From an uncultured virus (IMG/VR IMGVR_UViG_3300032294_002400) (taxonomy: Duplodnaviria > Heunggongvirae > Uroviricota > Caudoviricetes), in IMG/VR virus record IMGVR_UViG_3300032294_002400: a stretch of DNA of 64,000 nt; one strand, given 5' to 3'. Of this stretch, positions 10,887 through 20,465 are shown one piece after another (position 1 is the stretch's first letter; each line of letters opens with the position of its first letter). Made by a program: the position numbers and the translations under genes. The notes below the pieces were generated by a model. The model saw only the letters and a program-made list of their open reading frames with translations. It was not told the DNA's origin and made no database searches.

Positions 10887-11567
10887 CTAATAAGAAGAGT
10901 TTGTTTTAGGTAGGGTTTCAAACCAAGGACGGTACGCGTACCAGTTTTCCCAGGTTGATACGTCCTTGTGAACAATCATGTAATTCATCGCGAACAGGAG
11001 TTTCTTAATCTTCTCCTCTTCAACCGGATTGATATGCTCAACGGTCATGAGGTTGAAGTTGCGCTTAAACGAGTAGTGAGAAAGGATCTCATACTCCGCG
11101 CCCTCCGTATCAATTGATAGGTAGTCAATTTGCTCGGGCGCGTTGTGCTCGTCTAATAAATCGTCAAGGGTAACTGTAGTCACATCGTGCACCTTAGGGT
11201 TTTGGCGATGGTTTTTCCAGACGCTGTCCTGGTCCTTAAGCTTCACCGCAGTTGATAAGGCTGGGAAGTCCTCGACCTCACCGAATTGAATAGTTTCACC
11301 TGAGGCAGAGCTGACACAACGGAAGTCAAGAGACGCGGTGCGATTAGTTTCAAGAGCTTCCTTAAAGCGTGGAAGTGGTTCGGCTAGAATACCTTTCCAT
11401 CCGTGCTCTTTCTCAAGGAGATATGTGTTGCTTGTGTCTACTCCGTCAAGAGCGCCAAACTCAACGAAGTATCCAGGAGTATCTTGGTAATAGTAGAGAA
11501 CAAACAGATCTTGTTTAATTTGCGAATACGTGGTCTGCTCTTTATTTACAAACTCACGCAGATTCAT
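10887..11567 (-). CDS. FkbM family methyltransferase
   Basis: FVEFGALDG..SNT, AEP, IDYLSIDTEGAE. Confidence 0.9.
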   Translation of the reverse strand: MNLREFVNKEQTTYSQIKQDLFVLYYYQDTPGYFVEFGALDGVDTSNTYLLEKEHGWKGILAEPLPRFKEALETNRTASLDFRCVSSASGETIQFGEVEDFPALSTAVKLKDQDSVWKNHRQNPKVHDVTTVTLDDLLDEHNAPEQIDYLSIDTEGAEYEILSHYSFKRNFNLMTVEHINPVEEEKIKKLLFAMNYMIVHKDVSTWENWYAYRPWFETLPKTNSSY

Positions 11568-12231
11568 TTTTCTCCCGGATCTTAGAATATAGATATGTTA
11601 AACCATCAAATGTCCCGGAGTCAATGTACTCACCTGTCATTGCAACAGCCTTGACAGACACTCCGTCCTTAATCCACTTATTAAGATCCTTAAGAACACT
11701 TCCGCCGTTTGGATCAATTCTTTCTAGCCCGTTGCGAAAAAGAATAGCTCCCCACATCTGGTCATACTCACAGGACGGATCCTTATCAAGTACCTCAAGG
11801 ACATTAGAGAACCGATCAACAAGAACCTGGCCAACCTTGCCCTTCATTGTCTTATACTTATAGTCCCACGTAGCAAGAACGATGTCGCCATCTGATTCAA
11901 GCATGTCCTTATAAAAGTTGTTTTCAGAGTTGTGAATGTAAATATCAGGCATTCCTATGATCACCGCGTCGTTACGGTCACGAGACATCTCTAGGACCGC
12001 GTCGGACATAGTTGACGGTTCCTTCATAAATATATCCGCGCCAAGATTAAGAGGTGATACAAGAGGCATCCAACATTCACGAGTTGCAACGCGCACGGAG
12101 TCGCACGCCTGGTTCATTAACTCAACGTGCCACTGTAAAAGAGAGAAGCCTTCCTTAATAGGAAGAATAAACTTAGGGATTCCACCAATACGTGATGCGC
12201 TTCCAGAAGCTGGAAGTAAGCCTAGCGTCAC
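11554..12231 (-). CDS. Sugar-phosphate nucleotidyltransferase-like protein
   Basis: LLPASGSASRIGGIPKFILP; YIDSGT. Confidence 0.8.
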   Translation of the reverse strand: MTLGLLPASGSASRIGGIPKFILPIKEGFSLLQWHVELMNQACDSVRVATRECWMPLVSPLNLGADIFMKEPSTMSDAVLEMSRDRNDAVIIGMPDIYIHNSENNFYKDMLESDGDIVLATWDYKYKTMKGKVGQVLVDRFSNVLEVLDKDPSCEYDQMWGAILFRNGLERIDPNGGSVLKDLNKWIKDGVSVKAVAMTGEYIDSGTFDGLTYLYSKIREKNESA

Positions 12232-12911
12232 TCTGTTTCCAGTGACGCGCGCAGACGAGCAAGATCTCGCGCAAGGGTGTTATCTCTGTAGTCGTTAAAC
12301 GCAGACGAGTCTAAGGAATACATCTGCTGACTATTGATTTGCTTATACGTAGTATCTAACGGAGCTTTCTTATTTACAAAGTGATTATGCTCAAGAATAA
12401 CGTCTTCACAGTACACTAGGGTACCTAGCTCTGTTCCTAACAGTCTCCAGAAGTTATCCATGTAAAGATGAAAGAGCGTTGGTGGAGCTAGGTAACCTAA
12501 TGTCCTTGGAATCCTACTGTCAAAACATGTACCGTTACTTGGAAGATTCTTGCCTTGTAATAAGTCATTTGGATATGAGATACCAAGCGGAATATTTTGG
12601 ATTGCCGCGACGAGACGCGCGTCCCAGCCGTGGGTCTTTGCAACTGTATCGTCCGCGGCCCACATAATATAGTCATACTTATCTACAATTAAAGGCAACA
12701 TTCTATTAAGCTTTTCATTCAAACCGATGCGCGTTGGCTTAGGTCCGACGTGGTACTCAACACCGTCAACGCGATTATAAGAATGGGCGTCGTCCTCATC
12801 GAGACATACGATGATATCCGAAGCAACGGTGTTTTCTAGAAGTGACTCAAGACACTCATCGATACGGTGGGATCTACCTCTTGAAGGCAGGAGGATAACG
12901 GATTTGTTCAT
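12228..12911 (-). CDS. Glycosyltransferase family 2-like protein
   Basis: LLPSRGR, CLDEDD, WAADD, HLYMDN motifs. Confidence 0.8.
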   Translation of the reverse strand: MNKSVILLPSRGRSHRIDECLESLLENTVASDIIVCLDEDDAHSYNRVDGVEYHVGPKPTRIGLNEKLNRMLPLIVDKYDYIMWAADDTVAKTHGWDARLVAAIQNIPLGISYPNDLLQGKNLPSNGTCFDSRIPRTLGYLAPPTLFHLYMDNFWRLLGTELGTLVYCEDVILEHNHFVNKKAPLDTTYKQINSQQMYSLDSSAFNDYRDNTLARDLARLRASLETE

Positions 12912-12976
12912 AGGTCTACTGTATCATAAGGACTTCTATTTTCTGCAAAATTGTTGATAATCTATGGCACAAAAGC

Positions 12977-13162
12977 ATGGAAGAAAGCTATCACCGCGGG
13001 CTAAACCTAATACAATTAAGTATGGAATCATTAAGAGAAGAAATTGCTAAAGAAGTAGAAGACGCCATAAGGCCTTTAATGGAGCAGCCTGGGTTTATGA
13101 ATGCCCTTGGCACGCTAACAATAGCGTTAAAAGTGATTAGAGGAGAAGATAAGAAATTATAG
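12977..13162 (+). CDS. Hypothetical protein
   Basis: ORF with stop overlapping the thioredoxin 5' end. Confidence 0.55.
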   Translation: MEESYHRGLNLIQLSMESLREEIAKEVEDAIRPLMEQPGFMNALGTLTIALKVIRGEDKKL

Positions 13163-13476
13163 AAGTAACAACTTCAACCTTTGATGGCCTAATACAAGAC
13201 AGCAACCTTCCTGTACTTGTAGACTTCTGGGCAGAGTGGTGTGGACCATGTCGGATGTTAGCTCCTATTCTTGAGGAGATATCAGAAGAGCATAAGTCTG
13301 TTTTTATCACCGCAAAGTTGAATAGCGACGATCATCCTGAGATTGCGTTTAAGCATGAGGTTAGATCAATTCCGACGATGATACTTTTTAAGTCAGGAAT
13401 TGAGGTAGCAAGGATGACAGGCGCTAAGCCTAAGCCTGCTGTTCTTGCGTGGTTAAGTGAGCACGTAGAGGTTTAG
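13156..13476 (+). CDS. trxA: Thioredoxin; probable ATT (or ATA) start
   Basis: VLVDFWAEWCGPCRML lies upstream of the first ATG (13255); in-frame TAA at 13150; AGGAG at 13141. Confidence 0.85.
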   Translation: MIEVTTSTFDGLIQDSNLPVLVDFWAEWCGPCRMLAPILEEISEEHKSVFITAKLNSDDHPEIAFKHEVRSIPTMILFKSGIEVARMTGAKPKPAVLAWLSEHVEV

Positions 13477-13853
13477 AGCTCTTTCATCTCGACAATGTTA
13501 AACTCGTTGGCACGTTCATAGACGACGTAGCGGTAGGTGTCAAACTCCATAAACTCGTCGATCATTTTTATCACCGCAGGCACAGGCAATGTGGAGCAGG
13601 TGTAAAGGTCAAACTGTAAGAGCGCAGGAGATTCTTCATCCCAGACGTGAAATGCGATGTGAGATGTCTCAATCATCACCGCAGCGGTTAATCCGCGGTT
13701 TCCTTCCTTTTCTACGTAGGAAGCAAAGGGTCCTTGAACAACCTTCATGCCGATTGATTCAACAAGGTTGCGCAGCCAGTCGATAGTTTCCTGCGTATTA
13801 ACAGGCGGTTTCTTGACCTTGGCGTTTAGTAATAGGTGGTTGTGCAGAGCCAT
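13473..13853 (-). CDS. speD: S-adenosylmethionine decarboxylase proenzyme
   Basis: GLT...IETSHIAFHVW...QFDLYTC. Confidence 0.8.
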   Translation of the reverse strand: MALHNHLLLNAKVKKPPVNTQETIDWLRNLVESIGMKVVQGPFASYVEKEGNRGLTAAVMIETSHIAFHVWDEESPALLQFDLYTCSTLPVPAVIKMIDEFMEFDTYRYVVYERANEFNIVEMKEL

Positions 13854-13909
13854 GAGCTCTCCTCTCATTTAGGTGGACAATATATTAGGAATTTGGTATA
13901 ATTACTGCT

Positions 13910-14137
13910 GTGAGCGACGTAATAATAGAAGTTGATTCTGAAGCAGATGTTCGCATGAGCAATGGGGATCATGACAAGTTTTCACATTATGTTCACCGCG
14001 ATCAGATGATGGGAGCCTTCGTAGAAGGTAAAGCTTGTGTCGCATTATGCGGGAAGATATGGATCCCAACGAGGGATGGAAAGAAGTTTCCTGTCTGTAA
14101 AGTGTGTAAAGAAATCTTTGAGACACTAGGAAATTAA
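13910..14137 (+). CDS. DUF3039 family protein
   Basis: GDHDKFSHYV...ALCGKIWIPTRD..KFPVCKVCKEI. Confidence 0.85.
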   Translation: MSDVIIEVDSEADVRMSNGDHDKFSHYVHRDQMMGAFVEGKACVALCGKIWIPTRDGKKFPVCKVCKEIFETLGN

Positions 14138-14210
14138 CACGCTTGAGCAATAAGACAGTATAATCTGTCATCTAATTTTACGTTAAAAAATTAAACATAT
14201 TCTGGGGGTT

Positions 14211-16253
14211 GTGGTGACTTTTTTCTCTTTTCGACTAAGTGATGATTTTGTACAAGGATACCGTGGAAAGAAAGCACCATTTGGTTATACAGATGCAGCT
14301 GGAAACTCCGTAGGTGAAATTACTTTTCTTCGTACATACTCGCGTCTTAAAGAGGACGGCACCAAAGAAACTTGGGCTGACGTCTGTGAGCGTGTTATCA
14401 ACGGCATGTATTCAATTCAGAAAGATCACTGCAAGGGGCAACGCTTACCTTGGAATGATTCCAAGGCACAGGCTTCTGCTAAGGAAGCATTTGACCGTTT
14501 GTTTAATTTAAAGTGGACTCCGCCAGGGCGTGGACTTTGGGTTATGGGCACCCCACTTGTCAACGTTGAAAAAAACTCTGCTGCACTGCAAAACTGTGCG
14601 TTTGTTTCGACAGCTGAAATGACAAAGCAAAACCCAGCAAAGCCTTTCGCGTTTCTTATGGAAGCATCAATGCTCGGTGTTGGTGTAGGATTTGACGACA
14701 AAGGTGCAGACAAAGATTTTACTATTTATCAACCAGCAGGAGAGGAGACCTACGTTGTCCCAGACACCAGAGAAGGATGGGTCGAGTCACTCTCGCTCAT
14801 CCTCAATGCTTACCTACGAGCAGATCAGAAGACTCCAGTCTTTGATTACAGCCAAGTCCGCCCAGCAGGCACGCCAATCAAAACGTTCGGTGGAACAGCC
14901 GCGGGACACGAACCGCTAGAGCGTTTACATAACTACATTCATAAACTGTTTAAAGGACGTAAAGGTGAAAAGCTTAATCGCGTGGATATTGCTGATATCG
15001 GTAATCTTATCGGTGTATGCGTCGTTAGTGGCAACGTTCGTCGCTCTGCTGAACTCTTAATTGGTCGCCTTGATGACGATGAGTTCTTAAACCTTAAGAA
15101 CGCAGAGCGTTATCCAGAGCGCAACTCATACGACCCGGCTGCGCCAGGTTGGGGTTGGATGTCAAACAACTCTATTGAAACAACCGTAGGACAAAACTTA
15201 GATAAGATCGTTCCAGGAATTGCGCGCAACGGCGAGCCTGGCGTAGTCTGGATGGACGTATCGCGTAAGTATGGTCGTTTAGCAGATCCAGTCAATAACA
15301 AGGACTGGCGTATTGCAGGCTATAACCCATGCGCAGAGCAGTCACTAGAATCATACGAGTGCTGCACACTAGTTGAAACATATCTAGGACGTCACGATTC
15401 ACTAGAAGATTATAAGCGCACGTTAAAGTTTGCATACTTATACGCAAAAACCGTAACGCTACTTCCTACACACTGGGAGGAAACAAACGCAATTATGCAA
15501 CGTAACCGTCGCATCGGAACTTCGATGTCAGGTGTTGCTAACTTTGCAGATAACGTAGGACTTCCAGTTTTGCGCGAGTGGATGGACGAGGGATATAAGC
15601 ACATTAAGGCGTATGACAATACGTATTCAGAGTGGCTTGGTATTCGCGAGTCTATTAAGATGACAACCGTTAAGCCTTCAGGTACAGTTTCTATCTTAGC
15701 GGGCGAGTCACCAGGAGTTCACTGGACACCAGGCGGAAAGTACTTCCTTCGCGCTATTCGTTTCTCAAACGAAGATCCAATGCTTCCACTTTTCAAGATG
15801 GCTAACTACCGTATTGAGCCTGCGTCAGAGTCACCAGACTCTACAAGCGTAGTGTTCTTCCCTATTGAGTCAAACGCAGTTCGCTCTGAGAAAAGTGTAT
15901 CTATCTTTGAAAAGACAGCTATCGCCGCAACCGCGCAACGTTACTGGTCGGATAACTCTGTATCGGTAACCGTATCGTTTGATGCAGAGAAGGAAGCAGA
16001 GCACGTAGGAACTGTCCTTCACATGTATGACGGTCAGTTGAAGACTGTTTCATTCTTGCCGATGGGTAACTTTACATATCCGCAGATGCCATATACTCAA
16101 ATCACCAAGGAAGAATACGAAGAGAGCAAGATGCAGCTCTTCCCTATTGACTTCACAGGTGTTTATGCAGGTATGGCCTCGGACGCAATTGGAGACGCGT
16201 ATTGCACAACAGACGCATGCGAGGTCAAGTTGATTGTAGAAAATCTTAAGTAG
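14211..16253 (+). CDS. nrdJ: Class II (adenosylcobalamin-dependent) ribonucleoside-triphosphate reductase
   Basis: PPGRGLW, ALQNCAF, NPCAEQ, TTVKPSGTVS, C-terminal CxxxxC. Confidence 0.95.
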   Translation: MVTFFSFRLSDDFVQGYRGKKAPFGYTDAAGNSVGEITFLRTYSRLKEDGTKETWADVCERVINGMYSIQKDHCKGQRLPWNDSKAQASAKEAFDRLFNLKWTPPGRGLWVMGTPLVNVEKNSAALQNCAFVSTAEMTKQNPAKPFAFLMEASMLGVGVGFDDKGADKDFTIYQPAGEETYVVPDTREGWVESLSLILNAYLRADQKTPVFDYSQVRPAGTPIKTFGGTAAGHEPLERLHNYIHKLFKGRKGEKLNRVDIADIGNLIGVCVVSGNVRRSAELLIGRLDDDEFLNLKNAERYPERNSYDPAAPGWGWMSNNSIETTVGQNLDKIVPGIARNGEPGVVWMDVSRKYGRLADPVNNKDWRIAGYNPCAEQSLESYECCTLVETYLGRHDSLEDYKRTLKFAYLYAKTVTLLPTHWEETNAIMQRNRRIGTSMSGVANFADNVGLPVLREWMDEGYKHIKAYDNTYSEWLGIRESIKMTTVKPSGTVSILAGESPGVHWTPGGKYFLRAIRFSNEDPMLPLFKMANYRIEPASESPDSTSVVFFPIESNAVRSEKSVSIFEKTAIAATAQRYWSDNSVSVTVSFDAEKEAEHVGTVLHMYDGQLKTVSFLPMGNFTYPQMPYTQITKEEYEESKMQLFPIDFTGVYAGMASDAIGDAYCTTDACEVKLIVENLK

Positions 16254-16255
16254 TC

Positions 16256-16435
16256 GTGGCAACGTACGAATACATATGCGTTAGGGGTCATGAGAACCTC
16301 ATAGAGCGTCCGATGTCTGAGCCGGAGGGTAATCCAACCTGCTCAGCACCGGAGTGCTCTGAGAGTCTTAAGAGGGTTTGGAGTACACCTTCAATATCAT
16401 TTAAGGGTAGAGGTTTTTATTCAACAGGAGGGTAG
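16256..16435 (+). CDS. FmdB family zinc-ribbon protein (missed by ORF track)
   Basis: Manual translation MATYEYICVRGH...PTCSAPEC...SISFKGRGFYSTGG. Confidence 0.85.
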   Translation: MATYEYICVRGHENLIERPMSEPEGNPTCSAPECSESLKRVWSTPSISFKGRGFYSTGG

Positions 16436-16470
16436 TTTGCTTTTCTTAAATTCAGTATACTATTTCACCA

Positions 16471-16773
16471 ATGTCAAAACCAAATCCGCAGGTACAAAAC
16501 TTAAGGCCCATCTATGATGAGTGGGCTTGGCAAGAACAGTCTAATTGTAAAGATGCTGACTCTGAGTTATTCTTTCTTGAACCACTACTTCGCGGAAAGC
16601 AAAAACGAGAAAAGGAAAGAAAAGCAAAGGCGATCTGCAAAGGATGCCCAGTAGTAAACGAATGTTTGCAACATGCAATGAGAACTCCAGAGTACTTTGG
16701 CGTTTGGGGTGGAATGACGGCAGATGAAAGAAATGCGCTACTGCGCAAGCAAGGTGTAAGAATAATCAGATAA
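16471..16773 (+). CDS. whiB: WhiB family transcriptional regulator
   Basis: Four Cys (C..., CxxCPV..C) and GVWGG. Confidence 0.95.
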   Translation: MSKPNPQVQNLRPIYDEWAWQEQSNCKDADSELFFLEPLLRGKQKREKERKAKAICKGCPVVNECLQHAMRTPEYFGVWGGMTADERNALLRKQGVRIIR

Positions 16774-16829
16774 GCGTAAACTAATAATTTACAGTTTACA
16801 AACAAGACAAATATGTATATGGTCCGTCT

Positions 16830-17126
16830 ATGGCACTAGACATAGAGATATCTAGAAACTATCCAATCTTTAAAGACCATGGAACTCCGGTATGCGCGAC
16901 TACAGATCCTGAAATCTTTTTTCCAGAAAAAGGAGCTAAGGGTCAATCAATATATATTATACAGGCAGCGCGACGTATGTGCGAAAATTGTCCATATAAG
17001 CAACCATGTCTTGAGTGGGCCGTTGAGCATGATGAAATGGGGATCTGGGGCGGCACAACCGCAAAAGAACGACGTGTTCACCGCAGAGCGTTAAAAAGTC
17101 GCAAGGAGCAAAAAGCGATAGAATAG
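16830..17126 (+). CDS. whiB: WhiB family transcriptional regulator (second copy)
   Basis: C..TDPEIFFP...CxxCP...C...GIWGG. Confidence 0.95.
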   Translation: MALDIEISRNYPIFKDHGTPVCATTDPEIFFPEKGAKGQSIYIIQAARRMCENCPYKQPCLEWAVEHDEMGIWGGTTAKERRVHRRALKSRKEQKAIE

Positions 17127-17185
17127 TTAAGCTTTCTTGGGAGAGGTAAGCATACCTTACTAACCTCTACCCTAGGGAGACTTAA

Positions 17186-17482
17186 ATGGCAAAGAAAAAG
17201 GCTTCAGCTTTAGAAGCAGACGTATCAACAGGCGCAGGTCCTGTAACAGCAGTAAAGAATATCCTTCTACGCATTATTGCAGTATTTGCTGCATCTGGTC
17301 TTAGCGTAATTGGTGCTGGTTCGCTTGTTGGAATTGACACGATGAAGGCAGTAATTCTTGCAGGCACACTTGGTGTTGCTAGCGTTGTAGAAAAGCTTGC
17401 ACGCGGATTTATCAATGATGGATCACTATCTCTTGACGAGATCAATCAAGCATTCAACTCGGTAGATAAGCGAGCTGAATAA
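17186..17482 (+). CDS. Membrane protein (holin-like)
   Basis: Two hydrophobic segments; DG.LS.DEIN tail. Confidence 0.55.
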   Translation: MAKKKASALEADVSTGAGPVTAVKNILLRIIAVFAASGLSVIGAGSLVGIDTMKAVILAGTLGVASVVEKLARGFINDGSLSLDEINQAFNSVDKRAE

Positions 17483-17659
17483 CACGTTCTAACCGTGTCT
17501 AGGCTAAGTAACCCTTACGGGTCTATGAGTGACGCTCAACGCCTATCTCAGTGGACATGCGCCATCTGCGATAGAGTATACGCTGTCCCCATGTTAGCAA
17601 GAGACTGTGAGGACAAACATCTGGCTACAGAAAAGTAGTCAAAAACCTATAGGAGAATA

Positions 17660-18793
17660 ATGAAGTTAATTCGTAATGTAGCGATGGCTTCTGTCGCTGT
17701 GCTTGGCTTTGGAGTGTTTTCAGCACTCCCGGCAAGCGCTTCAGACATGACGCTATCAGTAAAGGTAGGAGCTGGAGTTGCTGCGCCTAACGCAACAACA
17801 CTTGCAGTTCCTGCGGCAGTTACGGTTCCAGCTGACAACACAATCGACGAAGCAGACACAGTCCGTCTTGTCGCAACTGTTGCCACAGGCACCAACGTAT
17901 CATTCGTAGCAACAGGAGCTATTAAGCTCGTTGCAGCTCTCGACAATCCAGCGGCAGTACGTGTACGCTCGACTGACGGAGTTTCATCAGTTGTTGTAGC
18001 AACAGGCACAGGTAACACTGCAACTGTTTTTGCCTACACAACAAGCGTTGCTGCAGGTACAGTCGTTGTTTCTAACGGCGGCGTTACCAACACAATTTAC
18101 ATGAGAGGCACAGCAGGAGCTGCAAACGCAATTTCTGTAGTAGCTCCTTCAGCTGTAGCTTCTGGCACAGTAGCAACATATACATTTATGGCTGCAGACG
18201 TTTTCGGCAACAAGGTATCCGGCCTTGCGATTAACGCTACAGTTGCAGGTGCAACAGTTGCAACAACTGGCCTTAACACAGCAACACTAACAACAGCAGT
18301 TGAGACCTCAACAGTAGGTCTTGGAAACGCAGAGCTTAGGGTTCTTGCACCTGCTGGTGGATCAATCGTGGTTGTGGCAACAGCGGCGACAGCTGCTGCA
18401 GTAGCAGGTCTTGCTACTCCAGTATCTACCGTTGCAGCTACAACAACAATCAGCGACCTTGCAGCAGAGCTTGCAAGAGTACGTGCTGAGCTTGCTGCTG
18501 AGAAGGCTGGACGCGTTGCCGATAAGGCAGCAGCGGATAAGGCAATGGCTGACGCTAAGGCTGCAGCTGATAAGTCTTTAGCAGACGCTAAGGCAGAGGC
18601 TGCAGCTGCAAAGGCTGCGGCGGACGCTGCAATGGCTAAGGTAGTTGCGGACAACGCAGCTGCTAAGGCTATTACAGACAAGGCAGTAGCTGATCTTACA
18701 GCCGCAGTTGCTAAGCTCAACAGCGACATGGCTAAGATGAAGGCTCGCTATAACGCTATGGCAAAGAAGCACAAGTTCGCTGCAATTAAGTAA
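17660..18793 (+). CDS. Secreted Ala/Thr/Val-rich Ig-like protein with C-terminal coiled coil
   Basis: Signal peptide ending ASA; DVFGN Ig-like motif; AKAAADK repeats. Confidence 0.7.
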   Translation: MKLIRNVAMASVAVLGFGVFSALPASASDMTLSVKVGAGVAAPNATTLAVPAAVTVPADNTIDEADTVRLVATVATGTNVSFVATGAIKLVAALDNPAAVRVRSTDGVSSVVVATGTGNTATVFAYTTSVAAGTVVVSNGGVTNTIYMRGTAGAANAISVVAPSAVASGTVATYTFMAADVFGNKVSGLAINATVAGATVATTGLNTATLTTAVETSTVGLGNAELRVLAPAGGSIVVVATAATAAAVAGLATPVSTVAATTTISDLAAELARVRAELAAEKAGRVADKAAADKAMADAKAAADKSLADAKAEAAAAKAAADAAMAKVVADNAAAKAITDKAVADLTAAVAKLNSDMAKMKARYNAMAKKHKFAAIK

Positions 18794-18813
18794 ATAACAA
18801 CTTAATACAGATA

Positions 18814-18849
18814 AAGGGGCGGGTCCGAGAAATCGGGCCCGCTTTCCTT
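18814..18849. terminator. Terminator hairpin between convergent genes
   Basis: GGGGCGGGTCCGA-GAAA-TCGGGCCCGCTTT. Confidence 0.75.
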
Positions 18850-18862
18850 ATATAAATTTGAT

Positions 18863-19066
18863 TTAAGGTTTAGGTGGAAGAATATCTAACCTGTCATAGA
18901 CGGCAGTTGCTGCTTCCCAGATTACATCGCTATTGACAAACGCATGGATGTCGCATAGGAAAATAATCTTGTTTTTGATCTCTGCTTTCACCGCAGCGAA
19001 AGACGGGCAGAGATCACAGATATCTCCAGATTCAATAGGGGATATAAGACCGTATGTTAAAGGCAC
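18863..19066 (-). CDS. Small zinc-binding protein
   Basis: CxxC...LCxxH. Confidence 0.55.
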   Translation of the reverse strand: MPLTYGLISPIESGDICDLCPSFAAVKAEIKNKIIFLCDIHAFVNSDVIWEAATAVYDRLDILPPKP

Positions 19067-19088
19067 ATTTAACCATATCGTGAATCAG

Positions 19089-19161
19089 AGCGGACGACCG
19101 GGTTCGAACCGGCGACCTGAACCTTGGCAAGGTTCCGCGCTACCAACTGCGCTACGTCCGC
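19089..19161 (-). tRNA. tRNA-Gly (GCC), no encoded CCA
   Basis: GCGGACGTAGCGCAGTTGGTAGCGCGGAACCTTGCCAAGGTTCAGGTCGCCGGTTCGAACCCGGTCGTCCGCT cloverleaf. Confidence 0.95.
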
Positions 19162-19301
19162 GTTTTATCTATTAACTATAACCTTTTCCCACTCGGAGTT
19201 GCAATCATAGCAGGTGTCATCACCTTCAATGACGAGCGCATCTGACACGACTCCATAGGCTTTACCTTTACAGTTCGGACAAAAGAATGTGAACTGAACT
19301 G

Positions 19302-19571
19302 TCACTCTTCATCCTCTACAATCAACTCCTCGTGTGGAACGTAAACAATACAGGGAAGTCTTTCATCTCCAAGAACTGGTTGCCACTCCTGTGTTGGATA
19401 GTACATATCTTCATATAGCTCTTTTACAAGAGTTGACCAGCTGTATTTCCAAGATCCATCCGAGCCAACCATGCCCCAGCCTTTAGGGTCTTTTTGCCAG
19501 GCAGATCCGTTTTTACCGATAACTACCGAGCCTAGCGGTGGCTCCTTCATTTTCTTCTTACTGTTCATCAC
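19302..19571 (-). CDS. Hypothetical protein
   Basis: ORF in coupled operon. Confidence 0.55.
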   Translation of the reverse strand: MMNSKKKMKEPPLGSVVIGKNGSAWQKDPKGWGMVGSDGSWKYSWSTLVKELYEDMYYPTQEWQPVLGDERLPCIVYVPHEELIVEDEE

Positions 19572-19770
19572 TGCCTCTGAAAATATTGCGCTTGCGCTTC
19601 CATAAGTTCATACTGCATATAACTCTACCGCGTATTACGAATTCAAGCATAAGTTGAGTGCCGCTTGATGGAGGCTGAAGTATTTTGTACATACGAAATA
19701 TTCCTGTGCGCTTAAAGTATTTAGCCAAGGACTTATATTCTTCTGGACTTATGTCATCATCGTATGTCAT
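19558..19770 (-). CDS. Hypothetical protein
   Basis: ORF in coupled operon. Confidence 0.5.
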   Translation of the reverse strand: MTYDDDISPEEYKSLAKYFKRTGIFRMYKILQPPSSGTQLMLEFVIRGRVICSMNLWKRKRNIFRGSDEQ

Positions 19771-19982
19771 AAGTCCTCACGTCTCCAAAGTAAATAGGAT
19801 TTAATATAAACCGCTGCATACGCGGTAGCCATAAAGATAAATCCGTATTGATCAGTCGCGAGCGCGTAGGCAATCCAGATACACTCGTTGATAAGAAGAA
19901 CAAGCCAACCCCAAATTGTCTTGCGTCCTACAAAAAATATACCTACAACACCGATGCACGCAAGAACCCATGACCATAGCAT
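19767..19982 (-). CDS. Small three-TM membrane protein (PnuC half-repeat-like)
   Basis: Three hydrophobic helices with K..WGW and QYG motifs. Confidence 0.55.
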   Translation of the reverse strand: MLWSWVLACIGVVGIFFVGRKTIWGWLVLLINECIWIAYALATDQYGFIFMATAYAAVYIKSYLLWRREDL

Positions 19983-19985
19983 CTC

Positions 19986-20465
19986 TTATTTGTTTGCTTC
20001 CTGCATACGCATCTCGTGACGTTGGACAGCGTAGTAGAGAGGAGCGGATGATGAAAGGCCTAAGGCTTTAGACACAGTTGCAAGGGAGATGCCTTCGTGG
20101 TAAGCCTTGTGAAGCTCTTGATGGTAATCCTCGGTTGATGTATCTCGTGCCTTAAGAATGGACTCCATGGCCTTTGCGATGGTCTCCTCGGAAGCCTTTG
20201 AGCGATTCTTACGAGCTACAGGGGGAATGGCCGAGGTAAAAACTCGTCGCCGCAAGCCGGAATAAGCAACACCTAATTTATCTGCGAGAGCAACGAGGGA
20301 GCCGCCTTTTGCGTAATACTCTTTCACAAGCTCGGTGTACTTAGCACTTGCCCTATGGGCAGGGGTTGCCTGTCCGCGCAAGCCATAAGCCTTCTTTGCA
20401 AGATCAAGGTGAGGCGCAATTTTAGCTGCATACTTTTCGGTAATCTCTTCAAAGTCTTTTTTCAT
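19986..20465 (-). CDS. Double helix-turn-helix DNA-binding protein
   Basis: GGSLVALADKLGVAYSGL and GISLATVSKALGLS. Confidence 0.65.
   Translation of the reverse strand: MKKDFEEITEKYAAKIAPHLDLAKKAYGLRGQATPAHRASAKYTELVKEYYAKGGSLVALADKLGVAYSGLRRRVFTSAIPPVARKNRSKASEETIAKAMESILKARDTSTEDYHQELHKAYHEGISLATVSKALGLSSSAPLYYAVQRHEMRMQEANK

Noticed and set aside
14211..16253. Intein or intron in nrdJ (and in terL)
   Set aside because: Both are of ordinary length with contiguous motifs
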